DNA from: Acidothermus cellulolyticus 11B
GTDB lineage: Bacteria; Actinomycetota; Actinomycetes; Acidothermales; Acidothermaceae
Reading direction: 5' to 3'
Assembly (NCBI RefSeq): GCF_000015025.1
Contig: NC_008578.1
Span: 810,001 to 842,000, forward strand
DNA length: 32,000 nt
In this document: piece after piece, positions 11,696 to 19,562 of the stretch
How the letters are laid out: each line of letters starts with the position of its first letter
Numbering within the stretch: the stretch's first letter is position 1
Translations under genes and position numbers: made by a program
The notes under the pieces: model-generated
The model's input: only the letters and a program-made list of their open reading frames with translations
What the model was told of the DNA's origin: nothing
The model's database searches: none

Positions 11696-12508
11696 GTGAT
11701 GTCCTTCGCGTTGCGCATCCTTCCGTACGGCGCCTTCGGCCGGTTCACCGGACGCCGCAGTGTTGCCCTTGTTGAGCGGAGTCTGATGGTCTACCGCCAC
11801 ACGTGGATCATCATTGTCTCCGGTTTCTTCGAACCGCTGTTCTACTTGTTGTCGATCGGCGTCGGCGTCGGCCGCTTGGTCCCGCACCTGTCGTACGCCG
11901 GCCACCCGATTGCATACACCGCATTCGTCGCACCCGCGATGCTCGCGTCCTCCGCGATGAATGGCGCGATTTACGACTCCACCTTCAACATCTTCCACAA
12001 ATTGAAGTACGCGAGGGTTTACGAGGGCGTGCTTGCGACGCCGATGACCGCCCTCGACGTCGCCGCCGGCGAAATTCTCTGGGCCCTGGGCCGCGGGTTC
12101 ATCTACGCCGTCGCGTTTCTCATCGTCTGCGCCGCGATGGGCGTGGTGCATGCGTGGACGGCGGCGCTTGCTCTGCCTTTTGCGGTTCTTGAAGGCTTGG
12201 CGTTCGCCGCGTGCGGCATGGCGGCCACGACGTTCATGCGCAGCTGGCAGGACTTCGAATGGGTCAATCTGGTGCTGCTGCCGATGTTCTTGTTCTCCGC
12301 CACCTTCTACCCGCTCACCGCTTACCCGACCGCCGTCGCCCATGTCGTCCGCTGGACACCGCTGTACCAGGCGGTGGACGTGCAACGGGCCCTGCTCCTC
12401 GGCGGTTGGCATGCCGGCCTGCTCGCCAACTGCGCCTACCTCGCGGTCATGAGCCTGGCCGGCGGTATCGTCGCCGTTCGGCGGCTCGCACGGGTCCTGC
12501 TACACTGA
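11696..12508 (+). CDS. ABC-2 type transporter permease (second of two)
   Basis: GTG 11696 (or ATG 11699) directly abuts the stop of the previous permease (TGA 11693-11695). It is paralogous to that permease (..LVLLPMFLFSATFYPLTAYPTAVAHVVRWTPLYQAV..). Confidence 0.85.
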   Translation: MMSFALRILPYGAFGRFTGRRSVALVERSLMVYRHTWIIIVSGFFEPLFYLLSIGVGVGRLVPHLSYAGHPIAYTAFVAPAMLASSAMNGAIYDSTFNIFHKLKYARVYEGVLATPMTALDVAAGEILWALGRGFIYAVAFLIVCAAMGVVHAWTAALALPFAVLEGLAFAACGMAATTFMRSWQDFEWVNLVLLPMFLFSATFYPLTAYPTAVAHVVRWTPLYQAVDVQRALLLGGWHAGLLANCAYLAVMSLAGGIVAVRRLARVLLH

Positions 12509-12535
12509 TCATCCGCTCGTCGGACGAACTCGGGA

Positions 12536-12967
12536 GTGACGGTGGCGGACGTCGAACACACCTTGCTGCTCATCAAACCGGACGCCGTCCGGCGTGGTCT
12601 GGTCGGGGAAATTCTCAGCCGGGTCGAGCGGAAAGGGCTGCGGATTCGCGCCTTGGAGCTCCGCACGATCGATGACGACCTCGCCCGGCGCCACTACGCC
12701 GAGCATGCCGCCAAGCCGTTCTTCGCCGACCTGGTGGCCTTCATCACCTCCGGCCCGCTGGTCGCGGCGGTCATCGAGGGCCCACGGGCGGTGGAGACCC
12801 TCCGGACCCTGATGGGATCAACCGACCCGGTAGCGGCTCCGCCTGGAACGATCCGCGGTGACTTCGGCCTCCTGGTGACCGAGAATCTCGTGCACGGCTC
12901 GGACTCCGTCACGTCCGCCGCCCGAGAGATCGCGTTGTTCTTTCCGCACTTCGCGGCAGACGCCTGA
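12536..12967 (+). CDS. ndk: Nucleoside-diphosphate kinase
   Basis: Motifs [30 protein letters not shown] and NLVHGSDS (active-site His). Start is GTG 12536 or GTG 12542; the latter is better spaced from GGGAG. Confidence 0.95.
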   Translation: MTVADVEHTLLLIKPDAVRRGLVGEILSRVERKGLRIRALELRTIDDDLARRHYAEHAAKPFFADLVAFITSGPLVAAVIEGPRAVETLRTLMGSTDPVAAPPGTIRGDFGLLVTENLVHGSDSVTSAAREIALFFPHFAADA

Positions 12968-13197
12968 GCTCGACACGGCGATCACCTGGCCCAGACGGCA
13001 TCCCGCGGGTGGTGTGCCGCACGAAGCCGTCAGACGGCCGCGGCTTTTGCCCGAGGGCAGACGGAACCCGTAGCATGGCTGCGCCGTCCTTGTTTTCGGT
13101 GTCGATCGGGTCTTGAGGCCCGGTGGGTGCCGAACCGCTGTTCCCGGCGGCGGTGGACGGCGGCACGTGTCCGATGCTCAACGAAAGGCGAGCCTCC

Positions 13198-14229
13198 ATG
13201 CCCACTTCGATTTTCGGCCGCGACATGGCGGTCGACCTCGGCACGGCGAACACCCTGGTCTATGTCCGCGGCCGAGGCATTGTGCTCAACGAACCGTCTG
13301 TGGTCGCCATCAACACCAACACCGGGGGGATCCTGGCCGTCGGCATTGAGGCGAAGCGCATGATTGGCCGGACGCCCGGCAACATCGTCGCGGTTCGGCC
13401 GCTCAAGGACGGCGTCATCGCGGACTTCGACACCACCGAGCGGATGCTCCGGTACTTCATTCAGAAGGTGCACCGCAACCGGCATCTTGCCCGCGGACCG
13501 CGGCTCGTCGTCTGCGTCCCCAGCGGGTGCACGGCTGTCGAGCAGCGTGCCGTCAAGGACGCCGGCTATGCGGCAGGCGCGCGGCGGGTGTACATCATCG
13601 AAGAGCCGATGGCGGCGGCGATCGGCGCCGGGCTTCCGGTGCATGAACCGACCGGGAACATGGTGGTCGACATTGGCGGCGGCACGACGGAAGTCGCAGT
13701 GATCAGTCTTGGCGGCATCGTGACCAGCCAGTCGATCCGGGTCGGTGGCGACGAGCTGGACAACGCGATCATCAACTACGTCAAGAAGGAATATTCGCTC
13801 ATGCTCGGTGAGCGGACGGCGGAAGAAATCAAGATGGCGATCGGCTCGGCCTTCCCGGTGCCGGACGAACCGCACGCCGAGATTCGGGGCCGCGATTTGG
13901 TGAGCGGTCTGCCGAAGACGATCGTCGTCAGCGCCGCGGAGATTCGCAAAGCCATCGACGAGCCGGTGAACGCCATCATTGACGCGGTGAAGGTGACCCT
14001 CGACAAGTGCCCGCCGGAACTCGCCGGCGACATCATGGATCGAGGCATCGTCCTCACCGGCGGCGGCGCCCTGCTGAAGGGCCTCGACGAGCGGCTCCGC
14101 CACGAGACCGGCATGCCGATTCACATCACCGAACGGCCCCTCGACTCGGTCGCTCTGGGCGCCGGGAAGTGCGTCGAGGACTTCGACACGTTGCAGCCGG
14201 TGCTGATCTCCGAACCCCGCAGCCGCTAG
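13198..14229 (+). CDS. mreB: Rod shape-determining actin homologue MreB
   Basis: Motifs [36 protein letters not shown] and [14 protein letters not shown] 13198 gives the typical 343 aa. The ORF-track start at 13123 adds an atypical N-terminal extension. Confidence 0.93.
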   Translation: MPTSIFGRDMAVDLGTANTLVYVRGRGIVLNEPSVVAINTNTGGILAVGIEAKRMIGRTPGNIVAVRPLKDGVIADFDTTERMLRYFIQKVHRNRHLARGPRLVVCVPSGCTAVEQRAVKDAGYAAGARRVYIIEEPMAAAIGAGLPVHEPTGNMVVDIGGGTTEVAVISLGGIVTSQSIRVGGDELDNAIINYVKKEYSLMLGERTAEEIKMAIGSAFPVPDEPHAEIRGRDLVSGLPKTIVVSAAEIRKAIDEPVNAIIDAVKVTLDKCPPELAGDIMDRGIVLTGGGALLKGLDERLRHETGMPIHITERPLDSVALGAGKCVEDFDTLQPVLISEPRSR

Positions 14230-14345
14230 CACGCATGCCTCGTATCGGTGAGCTTCGGTGAAGACGCGGGCATGGGTGACGCCGAGCCGCACGGGCCGTC
14301 GCGGTCCCGGGCACTTGCCGGCAGTCCTGCGCGTCACGTGAGACC

Positions 14346-15317
14346 GTGAGGGACACCCGGCGAACGCGGCTGATCCTCGCGCTCCTGCTCCTCACCGCGT
14401 TCACCCTGATCACCCTGGACTACCAGTCGAACGGGCGCGGCGTCTTCGGTGATCTGCGCCGGATCGGTCTTGCGGTGTTCGGTCCGGTCGAGCGGCTCGC
14501 CGCGGACGTCGTCCGGCCGGTCCGGCACGCGATCGACACCGTGGCTTCCTTTGGGTCAGAGCACAAGAAGGTGCAGCAGCTGCAGCAGCAGGTCGAGACG
14601 CTGCGCCGGCAGCTGCGGGCGCAGCCGTTCGAGCAGCACCGAGCGGCGGAGCTCGACAAGCTCATCCAGGTCTCCTCGATCGGTCAGTACACGATCGTTC
14701 CCGCCCAGGTGATCGCGGTTGGGCGGGGAGCCGGTTTCGAGTGGACTGCGACGATTGACGTCGGGAGCCGCGACGGCGTCCGACCGGAGATGACGGTCAT
14801 CAACGGCGACGGTCTGGTGGGCCGGGTCACCGCTGTCTCTGCGGACACCGCCACCGTGGTGCTGGCCATCGATCCGCAGTTCAACGTCGGTGTCCGGCTG
14901 CCGAATGGCGCGATCGGTGTGGTCAGCGGCCATGGCCGCGCCGCAATGAGCCTGCAGCTGATCGACCCGAGCGTCCGGATCACACCCGGCACCGGGCTGG
15001 TGACCGCCGGTTCGGTTGATCAAACGCCGTTCGTCTGGGGTGTTCCGGTGGGCACGGTCACCGCGGTGAGCACCCCCCTGGCCGGGGAAGTGCAGACCGG
15101 CACGGTTCGCCCGTTCGTTGATTTCGCGACGCTGGACCTCGTCGGGGTCGTCGTCAAGCCGCCGCGGACGGATCCGCGCGGCGCCCTCCTGGCGTCGCCG
15201 GTACCCACCGTCACGGTCACCGTCACCGCCACTCCGGCTCCTGTCCCGCAGCCGAGCCGGCCGGCGGCCCAACCGTCACCGCTCCCGTCACCGACTCCGG
15301 CGCCCAGCCATGGGTAG
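14346..15317 (+). CDS. mreC: Rod shape-determining protein MreC
   Basis: N-terminal TM (LILALLLLTAFTLITL), coiled coil (VQQLQQQVETLRRQL) and beta-rich core (VINGDGLVGRVTAV..). The Pro-rich C-terminal tail contains TVTVTVT. It lies between mreB and mreD. Confidence 0.85.
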   Translation: MRDTRRTRLILALLLLTAFTLITLDYQSNGRGVFGDLRRIGLAVFGPVERLAADVVRPVRHAIDTVASFGSEHKKVQQLQQQVETLRRQLRAQPFEQHRAAELDKLIQVSSIGQYTIVPAQVIAVGRGAGFEWTATIDVGSRDGVRPEMTVINGDGLVGRVTAVSADTATVVLAIDPQFNVGVRLPNGAIGVVSGHGRAAMSLQLIDPSVRITPGTGLVTAGSVDQTPFVWGVPVGTVTAVSTPLAGEVQTGTVRPFVDFATLDLVGVVVKPPRTDPRGALLASPVPTVTVTVTATPAPVPQPSRPAAQPSPLPSPTPAPSHG

Positions 15318-15825
15318 AGCGACTCGGACCGGGCTCTTCCTCGGCCTCGTACTGCTCGCGATCCTCCTCGATGCGACGGTGCTTGGTCCCCTCGACTTGC
15401 CGGGCGCACCGCCGAGCCTGCTCCTGCTCGTCGTGGCCGCGTGGGCGTTGGTGACCGGGCCGTCGTCCGGCGCGGTGGCGGGCTTTGTCGCCGGGTTCGT
15501 CGCTGACGTCGTCCCGCCGGCTGATCACCTCATCGGCCGGTACGCGCTGGCGGCGTGCCTGGTCGGCTATCTCGCCGGGTTGTTTCGGCTGGAGGCCAAG
15601 GAATCGGTCGCCGCAGCCCTCGGTGCGGTCGCCCTGGCGGTCGCTCTCGGCACCCTGGTCTTCGCCGGAAGCGGAGTGATCTTTGGGGAGGCGGCCGGTA
15701 CCGGTGGGGCGCTGCCGGTCGCCGTCGCGTCATCGGTCGGTTACGACCTGCTGCTCACCCCGTTCGTCGTCCCACCCATCACGAGCCTTGTCCGCCGATT
15801 GCAGCCTGCGGTATCGCGCGACTGA
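15310..15825 (+). CDS. mreD: Rod shape-determining protein MreD
   Basis: ATG 15310 overlaps the mreC end by 8 nt. The 171-aa polytopic hydrophobic protein sits in the canonical mreBCD position. The longer ORF-track version (start 15118) overlaps mreC out of frame. Confidence 0.7.
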   Translation: MGRATRTGLFLGLVLLAILLDATVLGPLDLPGAPPSLLLLVVAAWALVTGPSSGAVAGFVAGFVADVVPPADHLIGRYALAACLVGYLAGLFRLEAKESVAAALGAVALAVALGTLVFAGSGVIFGEAAGTGGALPVAVASSVGYDLLLTPFVVPPITSLVRRLQPAVSRD

Positions 15826-15859
15826 GCGGCGGCCTAGCGTCGAACAGGGAGGAGGACCC

Positions 15860-18178
15860 GTGGAGAACCGGTCGCGCATTCGGCTCGTCGTCCTGGCCGC
15901 TCTCGTGCTCTCCCTTCCTGTGACATTGATCAGCCGCCTCTGGTACATGCAGGTGATGGCCGGCGACCGGTACGCCGCCGCCGCCAACCGGACGTCGACC
16001 AACACCGTGCACACCGTCGCGCCGCGTGGTCTTGTGGTGGACGACGTCGGGCGGGTGCTCGCGGGAAACGAAAGCGCCCTCGTCGTCAGCGCACTGGCGA
16101 CGGCGCTGCCGAAAGATACCGCCACGCGACGGGCGGAATTGCAACGGCTGGCCGCGATCCTCGGAGTGTCGGAGCAGGATCTCGAGGCCCGGGTCACCTT
16201 GTGCGACTACCACAAGTACGGGGCGAAGGCGCCGCAGATGAATCCGGGCTGCTGGACGGGTTCGCCGCTGCAACCGATTCCGCTGCTCCGGTTGGACACG
16301 GCGGACGCCGCCGCGCGCGCCACGCAGATCGCGCTCCAGGTCCTGGAGCGTCAGGAGCTTTTTCCCGGCATCACCGCGGAAATTCAGCAAATCCGCAGCT
16401 ATCCCAGTCCAGCCGGCGCGTCCGCTGCGCAGATCCTCGGCCACGTCGGGAAAATCACCGCGGATGACGTCGCCCGCGCGAAAACCCAGCAGGCCGCCGA
16501 CGAGCTGAAAACGGCGGCAGCGGCGGGTGAAATGATTGGCCAGGCGGGACTGGAGGCGGAGTACGACCAGTACCTGCGCGGCACGATGGGCACGAGGGTG
16601 GTGTCGGTGGACCCGGCAGGCAATCCGCTCGGCACCGTACGGGAAATTCCGCCGACTCCCGGAGCGACGCTCGTCACGAGCATCGACGCGCGGGTGCAGC
16701 AGATTGCCGAGCAGGCGCTGGCGGACGCCGTCGAGCATGCGCGGACCGTTCCGCAGTTGGCCAATCACCGCATGGTGACCCAGCATGCCGACGCCGCCGC
16801 GGCCGTCGTCATCGACGCCCGCACCGGGCATGTGCTTGCCTTGGCGAATTACCCGACCTACAACCCCGGGGTCTGGGACGGCGGAAGCATCAGCCAGACG
16901 GCGTATGACGCGCTGGTGCATGCGCCCGGCAATCCGCTGTTCTCGCAGGCGGTCCAGGGTGAGTACGCCCCCGGATCCACGTTCAAGCCCATTACCACCG
17001 CCGGTGCGGTGTCGACGCCGTACTACAGCATCACCGGTCGATACGACTGCCCCACGGTTTTCACCGCCGGAAACCGAACGTTCACCAACTTTGAGGGAGA
17101 GACAGGACTCGGCGCCATCAGTTTCGCGGAAGCCCTCACGGTGTCGTGTGACACATTCTTCTACAAGATTGGTGACACGCTCTGGAAAGCGGACGGCGGC
17201 CTGACGCCGACCCATCCGCGGGATGCCATCATCAACGAAGCGCTCGGGTGGGGACTCGGCCAACCGACGCACATCGATCTGCCGATCGACGGATCCGGCA
17301 ACGTTGAGACCCGGCAGGAAAAAATCGATGCGTGGAAGAAGAACAAGGCGCTGTGGTGCGCGGAAGCGCAGACCGAGCCGAATCCGTTGTATCGCGAATA
17401 CGACCGGGAGAATTGCCAGGACGGCTACCAGTACCGCGAAGGTGACGCATTGAACTTCGCGATCGGCCAAGGTACGGTGACCGTCACCCCGTTGCAGCTC
17501 GCCATGGACTACGCGGCGATTGGGAACGGCGGAACGCTTTTCACCCCGCGGATCGGCCGCGCTCTCGTCGCCCCGAACGGCACGGTCATCCAAGAAATCA
17601 ACGCACCGTCCCGGAAACTGCCGGTGCCCGCCGACGTCCTCAGCTACCTCCGCCAGGCGCTGACCCAGGTGACCACGAATCCACTGGGCACGGCGTACAA
17701 CGCGTTCGCTGGATTTCCGTTCGACAAATACACCATCGGCGGCAAGACGGGAACCGCGGAGGTGCAGGCGCTCAACCCCGACGGGACGCCGAAGGACTCC
17801 ACCGCGTGGTTCGCGTCGTTCGGCGGACCGGTGGGTCAACCCGCGCAGTACGCCGTCGTCGTGATGGTGTCGCAAGGCGGCCAAGGCGGAGTGACGGCCG
17901 CGCCCGCGGTTCGGGAAATTTACGACGGCCTGTACGGCCTGGATGGCAGCGGGCCGTATCGGCTGCCGCACGACGCGTTCGCGCAAGCCGGCCCGGCGCT
18001 GCCCGGCGGAGTGCCGCCCGCCACCCTGCCGAATGTCGCGACCTCCGGGGTGCCGACGCCCACCGCTGCCGCAGCCAACGCGAGCGGCGTCATTTCGCGC
18101 TCCGGGACAGGCACCGCCGCCGCAGTAGCGCCAGCCGTGGCGGTACTTCCTCCGGAACGTCGAGGGGGTCGGCGATGA
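15860..18178 (+). CDS. mrdA: Penicillin-binding protein 2 (class B elongation transpeptidase)
   Basis: GTG 15860 is preceded by GGGAGGAGGA (15847-15856). N-terminal TM, SxxK (STFK), SxD (SCD) and KTGT. The Ala/Pro-rich C-terminal tail is about 80 aa. Confidence 0.9.
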   Translation: MENRSRIRLVVLAALVLSLPVTLISRLWYMQVMAGDRYAAAANRTSTNTVHTVAPRGLVVDDVGRVLAGNESALVVSALATALPKDTATRRAELQRLAAILGVSEQDLEARVTLCDYHKYGAKAPQMNPGCWTGSPLQPIPLLRLDTADAAARATQIALQVLERQELFPGITAEIQQIRSYPSPAGASAAQILGHVGKITADDVARAKTQQAADELKTAAAAGEMIGQAGLEAEYDQYLRGTMGTRVVSVDPAGNPLGTVREIPPTPGATLVTSIDARVQQIAEQALADAVEHARTVPQLANHRMVTQHADAAAAVVIDARTGHVLALANYPTYNPGVWDGGSISQTAYDALVHAPGNPLFSQAVQGEYAPGSTFKPITTAGAVSTPYYSITGRYDCPTVFTAGNRTFTNFEGETGLGAISFAEALTVSCDTFFYKIGDTLWKADGGLTPTHPRDAIINEALGWGLGQPTHIDLPIDGSGNVETRQEKIDAWKKNKALWCAEAQTEPNPLYREYDRENCQDGYQYREGDALNFAIGQGTVTVTPLQLAMDYAAIGNGGTLFTPRIGRALVAPNGTVIQEINAPSRKLPVPADVLSYLRQALTQVTTNPLGTAYNAFAGFPFDKYTIGGKTGTAEVQALNPDGTPKDSTAWFASFGGPVGQPAQYAVVVMVSQGGQGGVTAAPAVREIYDGLYGLDGSGPYRLPHDAFAQAGPALPGGVPPATLPNVATSGVPTPTAAAANASGVISRSGTGTAAAVAPAVAVLPPERRGGRR

Positions 18179-19380
18179 CGAGTTGGACGACGCCGGCGAC
18201 TGCGGGTGTCCGCAATGGCCGGAGCGGGGCGGTGGGACGGCGCGCGGCGCCTGGTCGCTGGCAGCGGATCTGGCACGGCGATTGGGCGTTATGGGCGGCC
18301 GTCCTCAGCCTCGCCGGGCTCGGCGTCGTGTTGATCGCGGCTGCCACCAAGCCGCTGAATCCCACCCATCCGTTCACCCTGGCCAAGCAGCAGTTGCTTT
18401 TTCTCGTCGTCGGGGCGGCCTTCGCCGTTCTCGCCTCGCTCGTCGAGTACCGCACGATCCGCGCGGCCGCTCCGGTGCTGTACGTCCTCGCGCTCGGCGG
18501 CCTGGTGGCGACGTTCGTCGTCGGCGTCAGTGTCAACGGCTCGCGGGCGTGGCTTCGGCTGCCGGGTGGACTGTCGCTTGAACCGTCGGAATTCGCAAAA
18601 CTCGCCCTGATCGTGCTCGCCGCGCTCGTCGTCAACGCCCGTGTCTCGGGACGATCTGACATCGGCGATTTCGACGTCGTGGCGATCCTGGCATTCTTCG
18701 CCGTGCCCACGGGATTGGTTCTGCTCCAGCGGGATCTCGGCACCGGGCTGGTCATTCTCGTCATCCTGTTCGGCGTCCTGGCCGTTGGCGGTGCTCCGAC
18801 GCGCTGGCTCGTGGGTCTCACGGTGCTCGTTGCGCTGGCAGCCGTGGTCGCCGTGAAATTCCACCTCCTCCATGGCTACCAGGAGGCCAGGTTGACGGCT
18901 TTTCTCCACCCGGAATCGGGGACGCAGACCTACGGGTACAACGCGTACCAAGCGCGGATCGCCATCGGTTCCGGCGGCCTGCACGGCACGGGGCTCTTCC
19001 ACGGATCACAGATCAACAATGGGTATGTCTTCGCCGCGCATACCGATTTCATCTTCGCCACCGCCGGGGAGGAACTCGGTTTCCTCGGCGGCGGACTCAT
19101 CATCCTCCTTCTCACGGTCATCCTGTGGCGTGGGTTGCGGATCGCGGCGCACGCGCCGGACGCATTCGGCCGCGTTACCGCAGCCGGTGTCGTCTGCTGG
19201 TTCGCCTTCGAGTCGTTCGAGAACATCGGGATGAACCTCGGCATCATGCCCATCACCGGTATTCCGCTGCAATTCGTTTCGTACGGCGGGTCGTCGCTCT
19301 TCGCGAGCATGCTGGCCATCGGGCTGCTGCAGAACATTGCGATCCAGGCCAAGGTGGTGGCCCGGATCGCGCCGGAGTGA
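18175..19380 (+). CDS. rodA: SEDS-family peptidoglycan glycosyltransferase RodA
   Basis: ATGA overlap with the PBP2 stop (18175-18178). Motifs PSEFAKLALIV, HTDFIFA, GEELGF and PLQFVSYGGSS; multi-TM. Confidence 0.9.
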   Translation: MTSWTTPATAGVRNGRSGAVGRRAAPGRWQRIWHGDWALWAAVLSLAGLGVVLIAAATKPLNPTHPFTLAKQQLLFLVVGAAFAVLASLVEYRTIRAAAPVLYVLALGGLVATFVVGVSVNGSRAWLRLPGGLSLEPSEFAKLALIVLAALVVNARVSGRSDIGDFDVVAILAFFAVPTGLVLLQRDLGTGLVILVILFGVLAVGGAPTRWLVGLTVLVALAAVVAVKFHLLHGYQEARLTAFLHPESGTQTYGYNAYQARIAIGSGGLHGTGLFHGSQINNGYVFAAHTDFIFATAGEELGFLGGGLIILLLTVILWRGLRIAAHAPDAFGRVTAAGVVCWFAFESFENIGMNLGIMPITGIPLQFVSYGGSSLFASMLAIGLLQNIAIQAKVVARIAPE

Positions 19381-19386
19381 CCGTGC

Positions 19387-19479
19387 GCGGACGACCCGCG
19401 GTTGGGCCGTCGTCCTGGTTCTCGCCGACGCCGAAGGACTAGCCGCGGCGGACGGCCCGCGGTTGGCGTCCTCGTCCTG
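19387..19479. repeat. Two copies of a roughly 31-nt imperfect direct repeat, each able to fold as a stem-loop, downstream of rodA
   Basis: 19387-19417 gcggacgacccgcggttgggccgtcgtcctg and 19448-19479 gcggacggcccgcggttggcgtcctcgtcctg, with a 61-nt period. Copy A can form GGACGAC/GTCGTCC and copy B GGACG/CGTCC, around the same cccgcggttgg loop. Confidence 0.6.
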
Positions 19480-19562
19480 ATCGCGGTGCCAGCCGCCGGC
19501 GCTCGTCACGAGGCGGTGCACCCGTTACCCTAAAAACTCTGGGGATGGAGGGATCGACGCCG

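Noticed and set aside
9643-12412. Minus-strand ORFs of 376 aa and 561 aa (9643-10773, 10727-12412)
   Set aside because: They are antisense to the ABC ATPase and the two permeases, and their composition is Arg/Gly/His/Asp-rich and not protein-like.
13024-13076. Weak hairpin after ndk (AAGCCG..CGGCTT + TT) and a possible -35/-10 pair (TTGCCC 13047-52, 18 nt spacer, TAGCAT 13071-76) upstream of mreB
   Set aside because: The stem is short, its loop is 11 nt and the U-tail is only 2-4 nt. The promoter hexamers are weak matches and overlap the hairpin. This is not enough to call either element.
13030-14337. 435-aa minus-strand ORF
   Set aside because: It is antisense to mreB, which has all the actin-fold motifs.
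15779-17986. 735-aa minus-strand ORF
   Set aside because: It is antisense to PBP2, which has SxxK/SxD/KTGT in the + frame.
15118-18174. ORF-track N-terminal extensions of mreD (15118), PBP2 (15683) and rodA (17806), and of mreB (13123)
   Set aside because: The extensions overlap the preceding genes out of frame and are Arg/Ser/Pro low-complexity. The internal starts (15310, 15860, 18175, 13198) have an SD or stop-start coupling and give family-typical lengths.
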